A DNA stretch of 64,000 nucleotides from the human T2T-CHM13v2.0 reference genome, Homo sapiens: the NCBI RefSeq assembly GCF_009914755.1, contig NC_060939.1. The stretch is one strand, 5' to 3'. The notes below the pieces were generated by a model. It was not told the origin of the DNA. It saw nothing but the letters and a program-made list of their open reading frames with translations, and made no database searches. The position numbers and the translations under genes were made by a program. Shown here in pieces: positions 21,420 through 37,822 of this stretch (positions within the stretch are counted from its first letter, which is position 1; every line of letters begins with the position of its first letter).

Positions 21420-22150
21420 TTCTACCCACGGGCTCCGGCCAGAGAGGCTCGCGCTAGGCGGGCTGGGCCCGCGGGACGAATCCTCACCTCTGCGGCCCAC
21501 TCGAGAGCGGGGCCACACGCGGGCGTCACACGCGCGGTCACGAGCCGGTTTGCCCCGCCGGGGCTTGGCCGAGGCCGCTCGGCGGCGGGCAGGGAAAGGC
21601 TTGGCCTGGCCGGCGGGACACCAGCGCCTTTGTCCGCGGCGCAGAAGGGCCCCAGCTGCGGACAGAGCCGGCGCCCTGCAGGCCGCGGGGAGGAGCGCGG
21701 CGGGCGCAGGCGGTGGCGGCCCGTGGGCGCGGGGCCCCTGCAGGGACGGGGACAGACGCGCACGGAGCGGGAGCCCGGCAGCTCCGGGTCTACGGGATCC
21801 ATCCTCCCAAGGGTGCCCGAGAACACTCCATCGTCGCGGAATGCCCGCGCTTCTTTCGTTAAAGCTGTCTTTGAGTTTGCCTCCTCTGGTGGTAAAAGTT
21901 AATTCCACAAGTATTGACTTGGCCCAGAGTAATAGCAAAGAACCGTCAGCCTCCCGTTTTTACGCCCTAGGGGCTCACGCTCTTGGAAACGACGAAAGCG
22001 TTGCCTGTTTGTCAAGAAAACTAAGGAAAAACAAAGAAGAAAGCTAAGACGCTCTACAGACAGTAAGCGCCCTGGAAGGGAGATGAGAGCTAGGTGGGTG
22101 GGGCCACGTGGCCGAAGTGGAAAAGGCCCTAGTGGCGGGGCTGGGAGCTG
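21420..22150. promoter_or_regulatory. CpG island, not adjacent to any coding exon in the window
   Basis: Very high GC and CpG density at 21430-21860, non-repetitive. Confidence 0.8.
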
Positions 22151-22452
22151 TGGGATGCCACATGCCAACAAAGTCAGCAAATGCCTACGGGGCAAAACGA
22201 AGATGAAGAGTCCGAGGGAATCCCTAAAGCCAAAAACCACAGAATGTTTGGTAATCATTACCATTCAACAAACAAACTTTCCCTCAATATATTTTTTAAG
22301 GTTGACAGAAATAACCCTTTATTAAAATGAAATGTATATAACAACATATAACGTGGATGAAAACAATACATGTGATCCTTAAACTATTTAAAATTTCTTT
22401 TCTTTTCTTTTTTTTTTTTTTGAGACAGAGTCTCGCTCTGTCGCCCAGGCTA

Positions 22453-23606
<1,154 letters not shown>

Positions 23607-23665
23607 TGTAACCGCCCAAGGTGTTCACCTTGCCTCCTGCCTAGACAGAACCAACTTATCACAAC
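23607..23665 (-). mobile_element. LTR8 solo LTR, 3'-terminal piece (left part of a split LTR)
   Basis: tgtaaccgcccaag...ctagacag is the reverse complement of the recalled LTR8 3' end; continues at 29706. Confidence 0.85.
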
Positions 23666-23689
23666 CTTTTTGATAAATTGATAAATTTT

Positions 23690-26600
23690 GATCGCTCAGC
23701 TTATATTCAGTTCTTGTTAATCCCCTAAGCAGGAACTAATTTACTGGGGAGGGATTTAATGTTAAAGTTGGGCATAGGTCTACAAGTCAGCCCAAGAGGA
23801 TTCCTCACCTCATTAAATCTACTCACCACTGCCGATGAAAAATATATTAATCCTAATGTCTGGTCCAAAAAAGGAAACCGAGGGAAATTCCAAGTCCCTC
23901 CGATCCACATCAAGCTAAAAACCCCAGGAGAAGTAGTAAGAAGGAAGCAATCCCTATTCCCCTAGAAGGTAGGATAGGGTTGAAACCTATAATCAAAGAC
24001 CTTATTAAGGATGGGCTTCTCGAGCCCTGTATGTCCCCTTATAACACCCCAATACTGCCAGTCAAGAAATCAGATGGGTCATACCAGCTACTACAGGACC
24101 TTAGAGCTATCAACCAAATAGTCCAGACTACCAACCCCATTGTCCCCAATCCTTACACGGTTCTTAGCAAAATTCCATGTAATCATCAATGGTTTACCAT
24201 AATAGATTTGAAGGATGCTTTTTGGGCATGTCCCCTGGCTGAAGATAGCCGAAATATATTTGCTTTTGAATGGGAGGATCGCCACTCAGGGCGGAAACAG
24301 CAATATCGAGATGGACGGTCTTGCTCCGACGGTTCATAGACTCTCCTAATCTTTTTGGCCAAATTTTAGAACAGGTACTAGAAAAAGTTGTCATACTAGA
24401 ACAAATATGCCTTCTTCAGTACGTAGACGACATTCTTATATCTGGTGAAGATATAGAGAAGGTAACTGACTTCTCTACACATATTCTTAGCTATCTGCAG
24501 TTTGAGGGGCTATGAGTCTCAAAAAGAAAGCTTCAGTATGTAGAGCCCGAAGTTAAATATTTAGGCCACTTAATAAGTGCAGACAAGCGAAGAATAGGGC
24601 CTGAATGAATCGAGGGAATGGTGTCCCTACCCTTGCCTCAAACTAAACAAGAACTCAGGAAATTTTTAGGGTTAGTCAGATACTGCCGCTTATGGATTGA
24701 CTCATGCACTGCACAGTAAACTGTTATATTAAAAACTTGCCCAGGAGAAGCCGAACCATCTCCTGTGGACTTCTGAGGAAGCTGATCAAGTCTAGAAGCT
24801 GAAGGAAAGGCTCATAACTGCCTTACCCTCCCTAGAAAAGCCATTCCACCTTTTTGTTAATGTGGACAGTGGGGTAGTTTTAGGAGTGCTGACTCAAGAA
24901 CACAGAGGCCGCTGGCAGCCCCTAGCCTTCCTATCAAAGGTGTTGGACCCAGTCACTTGTGGATGGCCTCAATGCATCCAGTCCATCGGGGCTGCGGCAA
25001 TACTGGTCGAGGAAAGCAGGAAGTTAACCTTTGGAGGAAAATTGACGGTAAGCACGCCTCACCAAGTTAGAACTATCTTAAACCAGAGAGCAGGGAGATG
25101 GCTTACCGACTCGAGAATCTTGAAGTATGAGGCCGTTCTGTTAGAAAAGGATGATTTAACATTGACCTCTGATAATTCACTCAACCCAGCAGGTTTCCTA
25201 ACAGGGAATCCAAATCTATGGAGGGAACACACATGTTTAGATTTAATTGATTACCATACAAAGGTTCGACCAGACCTAGGAGAAACCCCCTTCCGGACTG
25301 GACGGCACTTATTCATAGACAGTTCCTCCGGGGTGATTGAGGGAAAAAGACACAATGGGTATTCAGTGATTGATGGAGAAATTCTCATAGAAATAGAATC
25401 TGGAAAATTGCCAACAATTGGTCTGCTCAAACATGTGAGCTATTTGCACTCAGCCAAGCCTTAAAGTACTTACAGAACCAGGAAGGAACCATCTATACAG
25501 ATTCCAAGTATGCCTGTGTAGTGGCCCATATGTTTGGGAAAATTTGGACTGAAAGAGGTCTCATTAGTAGTAAAGGTCAAGACCTTGTTCACAAGGAGCT
25601 GATCACCCAAGTATTGAATAATCTTCAGTTGCCAGAAGAAATAGCTATTGTCCGTGTTCCCGGACACCAGAAAAACCTTTCTTTTGAAAGTTGAGGAAAT
25701 AACCTAGCAGATCAGGTAGCCAAGCAGGCTGCTGTGTCTTCTGAAATGCATATTTTTCACTTAACTCCCTACCTGCCTCCTCCTACTGTAATCCCCATTT
25801 TTTCTTCCACTGAAAGAGAGAAACTAATAAAAATAGGTGCTAAAGAGAATTCAGAAGGAAAGTGGATACTGCCAGACCAGAGAGAAATGTTGTCTAAACC
25901 CCTTATAAGGGAAGTCTTATCCCAACTACATCAAGGGACCCATTGGGGGCCTCAGGCCATGTGTGATGCAGTTCTCAGGGTTTATGGTTGTATAGGAATT
26001 TATACCCTGGCCAAACAGGTTACAGATAGTTGCTTAGTATGTAAGAAAACTAATAGACATACTATAAAAAGATTACCTCTCAAGAGAAGGAATCCGGGCT
26101 TAAGGCCATTCCAAAGTATCCAAGTTGATTACACAGAAATGCCTCCAATAGGTCGTCTGAAATATTTACTAGTAGTAGTAGACCACCTCACTCACTGGGT
26201 TGAAGCTATCCCTTTTCAAATGCGACAGCCAATAATGTAGTTAAGGCCCTAATTGAAAATATAGTACCTAGGTTTGGACTAATAGAAAATATTGACTCAG
26301 ACAATGGAACTCATTTCACCGCACACATTATTAAAAAGCTATCCCAAACATTAGACATTAGATGGGAACACAATATTCCCTGGCACCCACCCTCATCAGG
26401 GAGAGTAGAAAGAATGAATCAGATGCAAAAGAACCACCTAACCAAATCAGTCTTAGAGACTTGGTTGCCGTGGACCAAGTGTCTTCCTATACCCTGCTGA
26501 GAATTCGAACTGCACCACGGAAAGACATTGGTCTTTCTCCTTATGAGATGCTCTATGGATTACCTTATTTGCACTCCACTACTGATATTCCTACCTTTGA

Positions 26601-26912
26601 AACAAAAGACCCAATCAATTCCTTACAAATTATATACTTGATGTATCTTCTACTTTCTCTTCTCTTAAAACTAAAGGTTTTTTAGCACAGGCGCCACCCT
26701 TGGAGTTCCCGGTGCATCAACATCAGCCTGGGGATCATGTCCTCATTAAGAGCTGGAAAGAGGAAAAACTTGAGCCAGCCTGGGAAGGTCCTTACTTAGT
26801 GCTCCTCGCGACTGAAACCGCAGTCCACACCGCAGAGAGAGGATGGACTCCAGAGTCATGGGCCATAGTCCTAGGGGAAAACCCTACCAAACTAAAGCTA
26901 AGAAGAATTTAA
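23690..26912 (+). pseudogene. Defective ERV1 (HERV-I/HERVIP10F-like) protease tail and pol (RT, RNase H, integrase)
   Basis: NLLGRD protease end; IIDLKDAFW; YVDD at about 24420; RNase H LFID; integrase HQGTH...CLVC and IQVDYTEM; C-terminal WEGPY; many stops and frameshifts. Confidence 0.93.
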
Positions 26913-28905
26913 CTCTCTTTCATCTATTCTATTACTTTTTCTTCTTTCCTCGCTCTATTGCTGACCATCTAGTTATTAACGTAACCAAGTCAAGTTCACC
27001 TCAAACTATTGCATTTGATGCTTGCCGTGTTATACTCTGTAGGGATTTGCTAAGTCAAAGACAGCTCTCTACTTCAGAAAAGTACCTCTGTCCCTCCTGG
27101 CTCTCCTCAGACTGGGCATTAGTGAATTGGGACCATTTAATCCGGGGAGATTTCAATAAAGACCCCAGTGGCAACCAGGAGTCTTGCCCCACTGATGTAG
27201 AGCTTTTATGCCGTAGTTGGTCCGATGTTCTGTGAACCACCAAAGAGCAAGGATGGAGTGCCCCAACCAGTTTTTATAATTTCCTAAAACCATACATTCA
27301 TTTTACTAAAGGGACAGCCCCCCCTAACTGTCAGCTAAACCAGTGCAACCCTATACAGGTTATTATTTTGAGCCCCCAAAGTTCTCCCCTTTTTCTAAGC
27401 CAGTTCCCTTCTTTCAGCCGGTTTTATGGTATGGGAGCTGAGGTTTCAGGGACAGACCTATTGGATTCTTTGAAATGTGTTTCTTTGATCCCCCACCACC
27501 TGAACCTGCTTCTAAAGCTTTTTCTAAAACCTCTTACAATGGAACCATTGTTCCTCCTCCATCTAACGACAAGGCCAAGATAGCGATGGTAGAAGTTAAA
27601 GACTTAAAACAAACTTTAGCAATCGAGACAGGATACCAAGATGTAAATGCCTGGTTGGAATGGATCAAATATTCCATCTGCACGTTAAACAAAAGCAATT
27701 GTTATGCTTGTGCGTGTGGCAGGCCAGAGGTGCAGATTGTCCCCTTTCCACTAGGGTGGTACTCCAGCAGACTGGGCATGGGCTGCATGGTAGCTCTTTT
27801 CCAGGATTTTACAGCCTGGGGTAACAAGTCATGCCAAGCTCTCTCTCTGCTGTATCCTGAAGTTCCACACCCTGTGGGTCAGCCCCTGAGGGCCATCCAG
27901 CTTCGGTCTCCCAACACTAAGTTCACTTCGTGTCTCTCACGACAGGGAGGAAACTTAGCGTTCCTTGGAGACCTGAAGGGATGCAGTGAGCTTAAGAACT
28001 TTCAAGAGCTTACCAATCAGTCAGCCCTTGTTCATCCCCGAGTGGATGTGTGGTGGTATTGTGGTGGACCTTTACTGGACACTCTACTGAATAACTAGAG
28101 TGGCACTTGTGCTTTAGTCCAATTGGCTATCCCTTTTACCCTGGCATTTCATCAATAAGAGGAAGAAAAAATAAGACATTGTAAAGTGAGAGAAGCCCCT
28201 TATGCTTTCGACTCTCACATCTATTTAGACACAGTTGGAGTCCCATGGGGAATACCAGATCAATTTAAGGCCCAAAATCAAATAGCTGCAGGATTTGAGT
28301 CAATATTTTGGTGAGTGACAGTTAACAAAAATGTAGATTGGATAAACTACGTCTATTACAACCAACAGGGATTTATTAACTACACTAGAGATGCTGTTAA
28401 AGGAATAGCTGAGCAATTAGGGGCTACTAGCCAGATGGCTTAGGAAAATAGGATAGCCTTAGACATGATATTAGCAAAAAGAGGAGGAGTTTGCGTCATG
28501 ATTAAAACTCGATGTTGCACCTTCATCCCAAACAACACCGCCCCTGATGGAAGTATAACAAAGGCATTGCAAGGTCTGACTGCTCTATCCAATGAGTTAG
28601 CCAGCAACTCAGGGGCAAATGACCCCTTTACGGGATGGCTAGAGAAGTGGTTTGGTAAATGGAAAGGAATAATAGCCTCAATTCTTTCCTCCCTCGTAGC
28701 TGTAATAGGTGTACTTATTCTTGTCGGGTGCTGTGTTATACCATGCATCCTGGGTTGGTGCAGGGGCTCATAGAAATGGCACTTACTAAAACCTCCCTTA
28801 ACTATCCTCCACCTTATCCAGAGAAGCTGCTTCTTTTGGAAAATCAAGCAGAACAACTAAGTCAAGACATGTTAAATAAGTTTGAAGAGAAAGCCATAAA
28901 AAATT
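26858..28905 (+). pseudogene. Defective gamma-type env (HERV-I-like)
   Basis: Hydrophobic signal-like N-terminus, CYAC (CxxC), ENRIALDMILAKRGGVC immunosuppressive domain with CX6CC, TM helix; in-frame stops e.g. 28441. Confidence 0.9.
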
Positions 28906-28920
28906 GCAAGAGGAGGAAGT

Positions 28921-29550
28921 TGTTGAATATGAATTCTAAATTTCTCTTCAAAGAATTAATATGTCAGTATGTTCAATTCTTTGCCTTCTACTTTTAAACT
29001 TAACTTCCTCGTAAAGCAACCTTTTGTGATTACCTACTCTACCCTGACTCATCCCGATTACCTACTCCACCCTGACTCATTCTGATCACCTACTCCACTC
29101 TAACTCATTCTGATCACCTCCACCCTGAATCATTCTGATCACCTGCTCCACCCTAACTCATTCCGGTTACCTGCTACAAAGCGCTCACCCCATCATTCTC
29201 TTTAAATTAGCCAATCGGAATTAGTTTAGCCTGTGCGGTCTAACACTAGCCAATAGGGGAATGACCCAGCAGCAGGGGCCATGTGCGTGTAATCCCAGCG
29301 CTTTGGGAGGCAGAGGCAGGCGGATCAGGAGGTCAGGAGATTGAGACTATTCTGGCTAACATGGTGAAACCCTGTCTCTATTAAAAATACAAAAAATTAG
29401 CCGGGCATGGTGGTGGGCGCCTGTAGTCCCAGCTACTCGGGAGGCTGAGGCAGGAGAATGGCGTGAACCCGGGAGGCGGAGCTTGCAGCAGTGAGCCCAG
29501 ATTGGCCATTGCACTCCAGCAGCCTGGGCGACAGACAGAAACTCTGTCTC

Positions 29551-29583
<33 letters not shown>

Positions 29584-29705
29584 CCCTTCTTCTCCCTTGT
29601 CCAAATGTGCGCCCACCATTGCTCCATCGGTGAGAGCGCACCCTTCTATAGAAGTACCTTGCCTTGCTGAGAATTAAAAAACAGAAAATTTTATATTCGA
29701 GTGCT
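28921..29705 (+). mobile_element. 3' LTR, LTR10F-like; interrupted by an Alu at about 29289-29579 and clipped about 27 nt after ATTAAA
   Basis: Polypurine tract aagaggaggaag immediately before TGTT; 28-bp TGACTCA repeats; CCAAT boxes; ATTAAA at 29673-29678. Confidence 0.85.
29028..29175 (+). repeat. LTR10 tandem repeat: five units of about 28 bp carrying AP-1-type motifs
   Basis: TGACTCA at 29045 and 29073, TAACTCA at 29101, TGAATCA at 29126, TAACTCA at 29154. Confidence 0.9.
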
Positions 29706-30342
29706 ACAACACAGAGGAATTGCAATGGATAAGGAGTAATTCACGCAGAGCTGGCTGTGAGGGAGACCGGAGTTTTATTATTACTCAAATCAGTCTCCCC
29801 AGCATTGGGGGAGCAGAGTTTTTAAGGATAACTTGGTCGGTGGGGGGAAGCCAGTGATCCAGGAGTGCTGATTGGTCAGAGGTGAAATGATATGGAATTG
29901 GATCTGTCTTCTTGAGCTCAGTCAGTTCCTGGGTGGGGGCCACAAGATCAGATGAGCCAGTTTTTGATCTGAGTGGGACCAGCTGATCCATGAAGTGCAG
30001 GGTCTGCAAAATATCTCAAGCAGTGACCTTAGGAGCAGTTTAGGGAGGGTCAGAATCCTGTAGCCTCCAGCTGCATGACTCCTAAACCATAATTTCTAAT
30101 CTTGTGACTAATGTTAGTCCTACAAAGGCAGTCTAGTCCCCAGGCAAGAAGGAGGTCTGCTTTGGGAAAGGGCTGTTACCGTCTTTGTTTAAACCATAAA
30201 CTACAAACTAAACTTCTCCCAAAGTTAGTTCAGCCTATGCCCAGGAATGGACAAGGACAGCTTGGAGGTTAAAAGCAAAATGAAGTCAGTTAAGTTAGAT
30301 CTCTTTCACTGTCTCAGTCATAATTTTGCAAAGGTGGTTTCA
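29706..30342 (-). mobile_element. LTR8 solo LTR, main piece
   Basis: Ends ...ttttgcaaaggtggtttca, the reverse complement of TGAAACC..; GTAA target-site duplication at 23603-23606 and 30343-30346. Confidence 0.88.
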
Positions 30343-30448
30343 GTAACATAATTGTTCCTAAGACTCTGTTCAAGCATATACAACATACCAGATGCTTTCC
30401 TTATACCTTTGAACATTTTATTATTATTATTATTGAGATGGAGTCTAG

Positions 30449-30595
<147 letters not shown>

Positions 30596-31141
30596 TAATA
30601 GAGACGGGGTTTCTCCATGTTGGCCAGGATGGTCTTGATCACTTGACCTTGTGATCTGCCCACCTCAGTCTCCCAAAGAGCTGGGATTACAGGTGTAAGC
30701 CACCGTGCCCAGCCCATTTTATTATTTTTAATCCCGAAGCTATATGTTTTGTTTAACTTATTTAATAAACATACTCATCTTTTTTTGTTTGTTTGTTTGA
30801 GATGGGGTCTCATTCTGTCACCCAGGTTGGAGTGTAGTGGGATGATCACATCTCACTGCAACCTCTGCCTCCGGGCTCAAGCGATCCTCCCACCTCAGCT
30901 TCCCAAGTAGCTGGGACCACAGGCATGTGCCACCATGTCCAGCTAAGTTTTTGTATTTTTTGTAGAGGCAGGGTTTTGCCACGTTGCCCAGGCTGGTCTT
31001 GAACTCCTGGTCTCAGGCCATCCACCAGCCCCGGCCTCCCAAAGTGCTGGGATTACAGGTGTGATCCTCCATGCCCAGCCTATTTTGTTTTTCTGATTGC
31101 TTTCTAAATATTAACGTATGTAATCCTCATAACAATGGCTT

Positions 31142-32366
<1,225 letters not shown>

Positions 32367-32388
32367 GTTTGGAGAGAAGATTATTTAG

Positions 32389-32567
<179 letters not shown>

Positions 32568-32637
32568 TGATCTCGAACTCCTGACCTGAGGTATCTGCTT
32601 GCCTCAGCCTCCCAAGGTGCTGGGATTACAGCCGTGA

Positions 32638-32901
<264 letters not shown>

Positions 32902-33656
32902 TGATCCACCCTCCTCAGCCTCCCAAAGTGCTGGGACCAGTGGCACTCATATTTTAAATAACATGGAATTCCTGGGGTGGTGCTAAAGTGTTTTTTTTTT
33001 TTTTAATAAAGATGAGGGGTCAGGTTTGGACATAGCCATAGGATAAGAGTTAAAACAAACTTGGCTTGTTGGCATTGATTTATGGACAACGCTTTCCCAG
33101 ATCACACAAAAGCCTCAGGAAGACTGACACCAACTGTGAGTTTCTTCTCTTCTCATCCTTTCTGTGTCACCTTCCGTTCTGGGAAGACCAGGCTCCATTA
33201 GCTACTTTTCTTCCTGGATGCTCAAGAACTCCTCTGTCATGCTTGGGACCCAAGTCCTTCCCATTATACGTTGAGCTGGGTTCTGTGTCCCAGAGTTAGA
33301 GACTGTGTTATGCTAGGTCTTATCTGAATCTCCCATAAGTGGGTTTCCTTGGCTTCGGGCTTCTGATCCTACAGAAGCTAGCCACCTCCTTTGCTCTTTG
33401 CTGTGGTTGCCAGAAGAGGAGTTCCTTTACTGGTCCCTATCTGTTATCTTTTCGGCTTGATTCACCCTGCCTGTAGCCACTCCATCCAGTGGATCCTAGT
33501 CCTGTTTGTGTTTTTTTTTTAAGACTCTAAATGTTCTTTAGGTTCCTTCTTAACTCTGTGCTTCTAGGATTGTTCTGCCTCTATCATGTCTCCTGTCAAA
33601 TTCTTCTTAGAGTAAGTTTTTTAACGAAGTCAGATTTCCCTACTGAATTATTCTAA

Positions 33657-33817
<161 letters not shown>

Positions 33818-34411
33818 TAAGCACCACTAGGCCTGGTTAATTTTTCTATTTTTTGTACAGATGTGGTTTTGCCATGTTGGCCAGGGTGGCCTTGGCCTCT
33901 CAAAGTGCTGGGATTACAGGTGTGAGCCATCGGGCCTGGCCTAACTTAACATCTATCTTATCTTCTCTAGAGGGTCCTGCTGTCAGGCTGGTCACTGTTT
34001 TGTCCGTGCCCTGACCATGTGGCTTGTCTTTAGGGAGCCCAGATGCTTATACTCTCATTGTAAGTTGGGTAAGAAAACTATTCTCCCTCTTGGTATTTTA
34101 GATAATCTTCCCCTTAGCTGCTCTGGCAATTCCTCTGCTCTAATCCCAAGACTGGCAACTAACATGGCTCCTGTCTGGCTCATGGCCATTCACTGCCGTA
34201 ATCCCTTTTCTTAGCCACAAATATCTACTCATTATGGACTGGGCAAGGGGAAAACAGACTCCACATGGTCACACTGTTATCTTTTTTTTTTTTTGAGATG
34301 GAGTTTCACTCTTGTTGCCCAGGCTGGAGTGCAATGGCACGATCTTGGCTCACTGCAACCTCCGCCCCCGGGTTCAAGCGATTCTCCTGCCTCAGCCCCC
34401 CGAGTAGCTAG

Positions 34412-34708
<297 letters not shown>

Positions 34709-36071
34709 TGAGTAGCTGGGACTACAGGCGCCCAACACCGCGCCCGGCAAATTTTTTGTATTTTTAGTAGAGACAGGGTTTCACCGTGTTAGCCAGGATG
34801 GTCTCGATCTCCCGACCTCGTGATCCACCTGCCTCGGCCTCCCCAAGTGCTGGGATTACAGGCGTGAGCCACCGCGCCTGGCCACACACTGTTACCTTTT
34901 ACAGTGCTTTAAAGCAAATGTTAAACCAGAATGTAATCAGCTCCCAAGGTCAGAAGGGGCATCTTTCTCCATAAGAAGATGTGTGCATGTGCTTACCTCC
35001 ATTGCACTGGACTTAGGACAGCATTTTGGCACTGTGCAAGAGTACAAATGTGTGACGTACTCAGCCCAGAACTGTCCCGTTTGCTGGGGAATATAGGAGC
35101 TTTCCCTGAACCATATTTCTCCTTTTGGGCGGGTTGTCCTCTTCCTGCCTCCAGCCAAGAGGTGGTCTATGTCTCTCCGAGTCTTCATTCCCAGTATGGA
35201 TATTCCTCCCATCAGCATTATCTCAAGGAGCTCCTGACTATGCCCAGTGATCCTTGGGTGAGGCCACACTGTACCCCTGTAAGTTTAGGTCACATTTCAG
35301 CTATTAGAGGGTCCCAGCTTCAGCTCTATTCCAGAGTCCATAAACAGCAATTCAGCATTTCTAGGGGCTTAAAAGCAATTCTGTTTTTGTATCCTTGGAC
35401 CACAGATTTTTCTAGGGCCATCTGGACTCTCTGAGTTGCTGCCAATAGGACAGCAGGGAAAGTCCAGACCAGTCCAGGTTAACCGGCCCCAACATATCAA
35501 TGTGGTTTTCTATGATGTCTTCCACTCCCCAGGTCAGCCAACCAAATCCTGTTCCACTGGGGTTCAGAGTCCCTAAAATGGAACTGTTTGGTTCTTCTAG
35601 GAGCACAGGAAGAAAACAGTGAGGAGGAGGAGTGGGGAGAAAAAGACTCATGCGAAAAAGGGAGAGGAAGTGAGTGATGCTGAGGGAAGAGAAAAAAGCA
35701 AATGGCAACAGCAGCAGCAGAAGGAGAGTGAGGGTGGGAGGGAAAGGCAGAAATACAGAGTTCTACTCTTGATAATGTACTATTATTTTTGAGATAGGGT
35801 CTCGCTATGTCACCCAAGCTGGAGGGCAATGGCATGATCATGGCTCACTGCAACCGTGACCTCCTGGGCTGAAGCAATCCTCCCTTCTCAGCCTCCCAAG
35901 TAGCTAGGACTACAGGTGTGTGCCATTAGATCCGGCTAATTTTTAAAATTTTTTGTAGAGATGAGGTCTTGTTATGTTGCCCAGGCTGGTCTCGAACTCC
36001 TGACCTCAAGTGATGCTTTCATCTCAGCCTCCCAAAGTGCTGGGATTACATGCATGAGCCACCATGCCCAG

Positions 36072-36074
<3 letters not shown>

Positions 36075-36162
<88 letters not shown>
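36075..36162. repeat. Compound microsatellite, about (TC)24(TG)11(AG)9
   Basis: Read directly from the sequence. Confidence 0.95.
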
Positions 36163-36163
<1 letters not shown>

Positions 36164-36358
36164 AGAGGTAGAGGTTTATTGAAATATGAACATTTGGCCA
36201 GGCTCAGTGGCTTGCATCTGTAATCCCAGCACTTTGGGAGGCCAAGGTGGGTGGATCGCTTGAGCCCAGGAGTTTGAGACCAGCCTGGGCAACATGGCGA
36301 AACCCTGTCTCTACTAAAAATGTACAAAAAATTAGCTGGGTGTGGTGGTGTGTTCCTA

Positions 36359-36472
<114 letters not shown>

Positions 36473-37379
36473 CTATCTCAAACAAACAAATACAAAACCA
36501 AAAAAAAAAAAAAAAAAAAAGAGAGAGACAGAAAGAAATATAAACATTCAAGGAAATGTAAGATGGAAACAGCCATAACATATAGAGACACTTGCTGCAA
36601 GAGGATGCCTGAGGCATTTATTCACTGCCTAGGCTGCCCATGTGCTGTCACATTTTTCCTGGTTTGAATACATATAAGATGGGAAGAGGGGAGGGGACAG
36701 AGTTGCTCTGGCTGACTGCCTACCATGTGGCCTTCAGGAATGCACCTTCAGGAAAGCTCCACTTGGGCTAGGGCCCCACTCCTGGGCACCTGCTGGCACC
36801 CTCCCCTCTTGGGCTCTGGGTAAGACCTTGTGTTGTCCTTGAGGGCAGTGGGGGTTCTCACTCATCACTCAGAGGATGAGGCCAGGCAAGCTGCCTGGGG
36901 AAAGGGAGAGGATCCAATGGCCAGAAAGACACAGTGTGCTGTCCTTGCATCCTCTGGGTGGGAAGAGTCCATCTTTTGTGACCACAGCTCTGAGAAACAC
37001 ACTGGCCAAATGTCTGAGACACCTTTAAGCAGGCTCAGTGCCAGCCAGTTGGCCCCCTCACTGGCACCAGATCCCAGATATCCTTCTCTCCCACAGCCTG
37101 CACTTGAGGTACTTGTTTTGTGTTCAAGCTTTTTATTTCTCTTTCCTTTCCTAGACAGGACTGAATGCTAGCCACACTGTCACACTGCCTCCCATCACAC
37201 ATAGTGTCTCCTGCCACCACAGTCCAAGGATGTTGCAGTGGTGGTGTTCTTCTGCACTCTTCAGGGCTTACTTAGCAGAGGTAAGCCTCATCCAAGAATC
37301 ATCTTTCCTTTACAACACAGGAGCAACCTACTGCATGCCAGGGTCCAAGAGGGGAGACAGGGCCTGGTGCGGTGGCTCA

Positions 37380-37822
<443 letters not shown>

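Noticed and set aside
21288-22047. Overlapping 134-216-aa ORFs on both strands
   Set aside because: Arg/Pro/Gly/Ala-rich, stop-poor frames expected in a CpG island; no recognisable domain.
27475-28098. 207-aa env ORF as a domesticated protein
   Set aside because: Internal SU fragment separated from the signal peptide by stops and frameshifts; no 5' LTR to express it.
29028-29175. 28-bp repeats as a CRISPR array
   Set aside because: Head-to-tail units without spacers, inside a primate LTR.
33080-33505. Protein-like minus-strand frame with a few stop codons
   Set aside because: No convincing acceptor and no recognisable homology; too weak alone, but worth including in any alignment of the 34-41-kb segments.
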